In this document: positions 61,237 to 64,000 of the stretch, piece by piece
How the letters are laid out: each line of letters starts with the position of its first letter
How positions within the stretch are numbered: position 1 is the first letter of the stretch
Assembly (NCBI GenBank): GCA_963677925.2
Contig: CAXXYH010000004.1
Coordinates: forward strand, 352,001-416,000
Direction of reading: 5' to 3'
From: Spirochaetia bacterium
Lineage (GTDB): Bacteria; Spirochaetota; Spirochaetia; UBA9216
DNA: 64,000 nucleotides
Notes under the pieces: model-generated
Told to the model about the DNA's origin: nothing
Database searches by the model: none
Seen by the model: the letters and a program-made list of their open reading frames with translations, nothing else
Made by a program: the position numbers and the translations under genes

Positions 61237-61570
61237 GGAAGAAAGACTTAAGAATCTTTCTGACATTAAAAATCTTTTTGCTTCCGGAAAGAAAGTTTCA
61301 GTTCCGGGAGCAAAACTGGTTTATTCCGGAAATAATCTTGGGTATTCAAGATTCATGGTTACCTTAATCAGGAAGTACGGTAATTCGGTTCAGCGTAACC
61401 GTGCTAAAAGAGTTGCTAGAGAAGTTTACAGGCTGAATAAAGATCGGCTGAAACCCGGATTTGATTTGGCCATCATTCTTTTTCCTTCTGCAGATTTCTA
61501 TTCTGCAAGAGAAAACCAGATACTTGGATTATTAAAAAAAGCCAGGCTTTGCTCCGGCATGGGAGAATGA
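61217..61570 (+). CDS. rnpA: Ribonuclease P protein component
   Basis: [16 protein letters not shown] motif; overlaps the end of rpmH. Confidence 0.93.
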   Translation: MKRSLTREERLKNLSDIKNLFASGKKVSVPGAKLVYSGNNLGYSRFMVTLIRKYGNSVQRNRAKRVAREVYRLNKDRLKPGFDLAIILFPSADFYSARENQILGLLKKARLCSGMGE

Positions 61571-61580
61571 CAGGATCATT

Positions 61581-61802
61581 ATGAAAGAGCCGGTTAAAAA
61601 AACTATTATTGGATCTATAAAATTTTATAAAAAATTTATATCTCCAATGCTTCCAGATACATGCCGGTACTACCCAACCTGTTCAAGTTATGCAATCACA
61701 GCAATAGAGAAATACGGACCCGGAAAAGGCAGCTATATGGCTGCCCGACGCATTTTAAGGTGTAATCCCTTTCATGCAGGCGGTTATGATCCGGTTCCCT
61801 GA
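61581..61802 (+). CDS. yidD: Membrane protein insertion efficiency factor YidD
   Basis: [25 protein letters not shown]. Confidence 0.95.
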   Translation: MKEPVKKTIIGSIKFYKKFISPMLPDTCRYYPTCSSYAITAIEKYGPGKGSYMAARRILRCNPFHAGGYDPVP

Positions 61803-61819
61803 AATAAAAAGGAGTAGCA

Positions 61820-63667
61820 ATGGATAAGAAAACGCTATTAGCGATTATCCTTTCAACAGTTGTAATTTCCGCCGGATTCCTTATCCAGGCAAAATTTTTT
61901 CCTGCCCCGGAGCAGGAGGTCGTAGAAGAAACAGCAGTAACTCAGACTGAGGAAGTTCAGCAGACAGCAGCAGTACAGAATATTCCAAAGAGTCAGTCTG
62001 CTTCTTCAGACGAACTTATTTATACTGAAGATCAGGATGATATTATTGCCCAGACAATAACTGCTGAAACTGAAAGATTTATTATTACATTTTCCAATGA
62101 AGGCGGAGTTCTGACTTCACTGAAGCTTAAAGAACATCTTGATATGGGTGAACCTCTTGAGATGATTTTTGCCGGAGACAGCGGAAAAGCAGCCTTTGAG
62201 CTTTCTTTCGGTGACTGGAAGGCTGTGCCTGTAGATGATAAATTTAAATTCAAAAGACTTGATGATTATACATTTCAGTTCTATAGAACCTATCTTGCAC
62301 CTGCAGATGCTGCCGGTAACCGGGTTCCGTTTGTTCTGACAAAAACATATAAGTTTACTCCAGAAGACTACATGCTTGAGCTAAGAATTGGTATTGAAAA
62401 TTCTGTTAATAAAATTCCGTCTCTTAACTTTGACGGCTATTCTTATACTCTGAGTTTTGTGCCTCAGATTGGTCCGGAGTTTACAAAACTTGATAACCGG
62501 TATTTTTACAGGCGCTTTTATACTTATGAAGGTAAAAAAGCCAGTGTTGAGAAAATAAAGGATAATTATCTTGTACTGGAAGACCGCGTTACATGGACCG
62601 GAGTTGCAGGTAAATATTTTGCTGCAATAGCAGTTCCTGATGCAACGCAGTATGAAATTACGCTGTCTGAGATGGTTGAAGGAAGTCTTCCTCAGAGCAA
62701 TGAAATTTTCTTTTCAAGACCTCCTGTAAAGAGTTCAAACAGTGAAGATGTTTTCAAATTTTATATGGGTCCGAAGCTCAAAAGATATCTTCTCCCTTAT
62801 AATTCAGCTGATGAAAACGGCTTTGCCATGAAAGATCTGAACCTTGATGAAATTGAAGATTCAAGCTCAATTCTTGGATGGCTTGAATGGATTCTTCAGA
62901 AGATTCTTGTTCTTGCTTATAAACTTATACCTAATTACGGTATCGGAATTATTATTCTGACAATAATCATGAAGGTTGTACTCTTTCCGTTTACTAAGAA
63001 GAGTTACCAGTCTACAGCTAAAATGTCTGCTCTTTCACCGAAAATGGAAGAGCTGAAAGCTCAGTATAAAGACCAGCCTCAGAAACTTAATGCTGCAATG
63101 GGTGAACTTTATAAGAAAGAAGGTGTCAGTCCCATGGGCGGATGTCTGCCTATGCTTCTGCAGTTTCCGGTCTTTATAGCCATGTACGGTCTTATGAATA
63201 AGTACTTTGAGTTCAGAGGAGCTGTATTCATTCCCGGGTGGATTAATGACCTGGCAATGCCGGAATCCATTCTGCATTTTGCAGGAACCCTTCCTTTCCT
63301 TGGGTGGTCGGATTTAAGACTTCTTCCGATTATATTTGTAGGAACACAGATTCTGAGTCAGAAGATTATGCAGAGCAACCAGACTTCAGCAGCCGCAGGT
63401 AATATGAAGATGATGATGTACATGATGCCTGTTATGTTCTTCTTTATACTTTATAACGCACCGTCAGGATTGCTGGTTTACTGGATTTTCTCAAACCTTT
63501 TTACAATGCTTCAGCAGATGTATACTAATAAGCATCTTAAACCTGCAGCAGCCGGTAAAGGCGGAGCAGATCTAAAAATAGCAGGAAATGACAATGATTC
63601 GGCAGATAATAAAAAAAAGGTTGTGCCTCCAGCCAAAAAGAAGCCGAAAAAGAAGGGTAAGCGCTAA
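61820..63667 (+). CDS. yidC: Membrane protein insertase YidC
   Basis: YMGPK, NYGIGII, GGCLPMLLQFP, WINDL, PSGLLVYW; basic C-tail. Confidence 0.96.
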   Translation: MDKKTLLAIILSTVVISAGFLIQAKFFPAPEQEVVEETAVTQTEEVQQTAAVQNIPKSQSASSDELIYTEDQDDIIAQTITAETERFIITFSNEGGVLTSLKLKEHLDMGEPLEMIFAGDSGKAAFELSFGDWKAVPVDDKFKFKRLDDYTFQFYRTYLAPADAAGNRVPFVLTKTYKFTPEDYMLELRIGIENSVNKIPSLNFDGYSYTLSFVPQIGPEFTKLDNRYFYRRFYTYEGKKASVEKIKDNYLVLEDRVTWTGVAGKYFAAIAVPDATQYEITLSEMVEGSLPQSNEIFFSRPPVKSSNSEDVFKFYMGPKLKRYLLPYNSADENGFAMKDLNLDEIEDSSSILGWLEWILQKILVLAYKLIPNYGIGIIILTIIMKVVLFPFTKKSYQSTAKMSALSPKMEELKAQYKDQPQKLNAAMGELYKKEGVSPMGGCLPMLLQFPVFIAMYGLMNKYFEFRGAVFIPGWINDLAMPESILHFAGTLPFLGWSDLRLLPIIFVGTQILSQKIMQSNQTSAAAGNMKMMMYMMPVMFFFILYNAPSGLLVYWIFSNLFTMLQQMYTNKHLKPAAAGKGGADLKIAGNDNDSADNKKKVVPPAKKKPKKKGKR

Positions 63668-63699
63668 AGAGAAAGTTATGTCTCTAAGGAGTTTAATAT

Positions 63700-64000
63700 A
63701 TGATCAAAGAATTTGAAGGTAAGACAGAGAAGGAGGCAATTGATAAAGCAGTAGAAGAACTTGGAATAGATCGGGAAGAATTCGACGTTGAAATTATAAA
63801 CAAGCCGAAAAGCGGGTTATTCCGCAAAGGAAACGTCAAAATAAAGGTATATATCGGAGATTCTGATGATTCAGATGAAACCAGCATTGATGATTTTGAA
63901 AAACAGATTATTGATTACCTTGAAAAACTTATAGAGAAAATGGGTTTTCCGGGAAAAGGAAAAATCGTTTTCAGAGAAGAAAACAAGATTGGACTAGAAA
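63700..64000 (+). CDS. jag: Jag/EloR (KhpB) RNA-binding protein, N-terminal part (runs off the window)
   Basis: MIKEFEGKTEKEAIDKAVEELG...VEII..KSGLF (Jag_N); follows yidC. Confidence 0.88.
   Translation, partial: MIKEFEGKTEKEAIDKAVEELGIDREEFDVEIINKPKSGLFRKGNVKIKVYIGDSDDSDETSIDDFEKQIIDYLEKLIEKMGFPGKGKIVFREENKIGLE

Overview
Origin-proximal 64 kb of a free-living spirochaete chromosome. The assignment rests on gyrB-gyrA diverging from dnaA-dnaN-recF-dciA-rpmH-rnpA-yidD-yidC-jag, a spirochaete-type rpmH C-terminus and a tRNA-Arg(GCG). Left to right: a partial lipoprotein, aspartokinase and thrC; then a ~28 kb minus-strand surface-polysaccharide locus (Wzi-like barrels, rml genes, ugd, and an AT-rich cassette with Wzx/Wzy, glycosyltransferases, a nonulosonate-9-phosphate (KDN-type) pathway and a decayed GH97 gene, headed by a wHTH regulator with two operators and a structured leader). 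The locus carries two HEPN-MNT modules, one fused in frame to RfbD, and a GxxExxY gene. It is followed by a CHR pair, pfkB, gatCAB-aspS, recR-ybaB-dnaX, an AraC-GyrI regulator, SRP RNA plus five tRNAs, parAB, a perfect parS and a bipartite oriC. The most notable observations: the AraC gene appears to contain its own 21-bp-phased binding sites, a -10 element and an internal RBS/ATG for a stand-alone GyrI-like domain; the RfbD-HEPN fusion; a phased DnaA-box cluster about 9 kb from oriC; and a hairpin resembling an ssDNA promoter upstream of GxxExxY. All calls come from reading the sequence; no database search was run.
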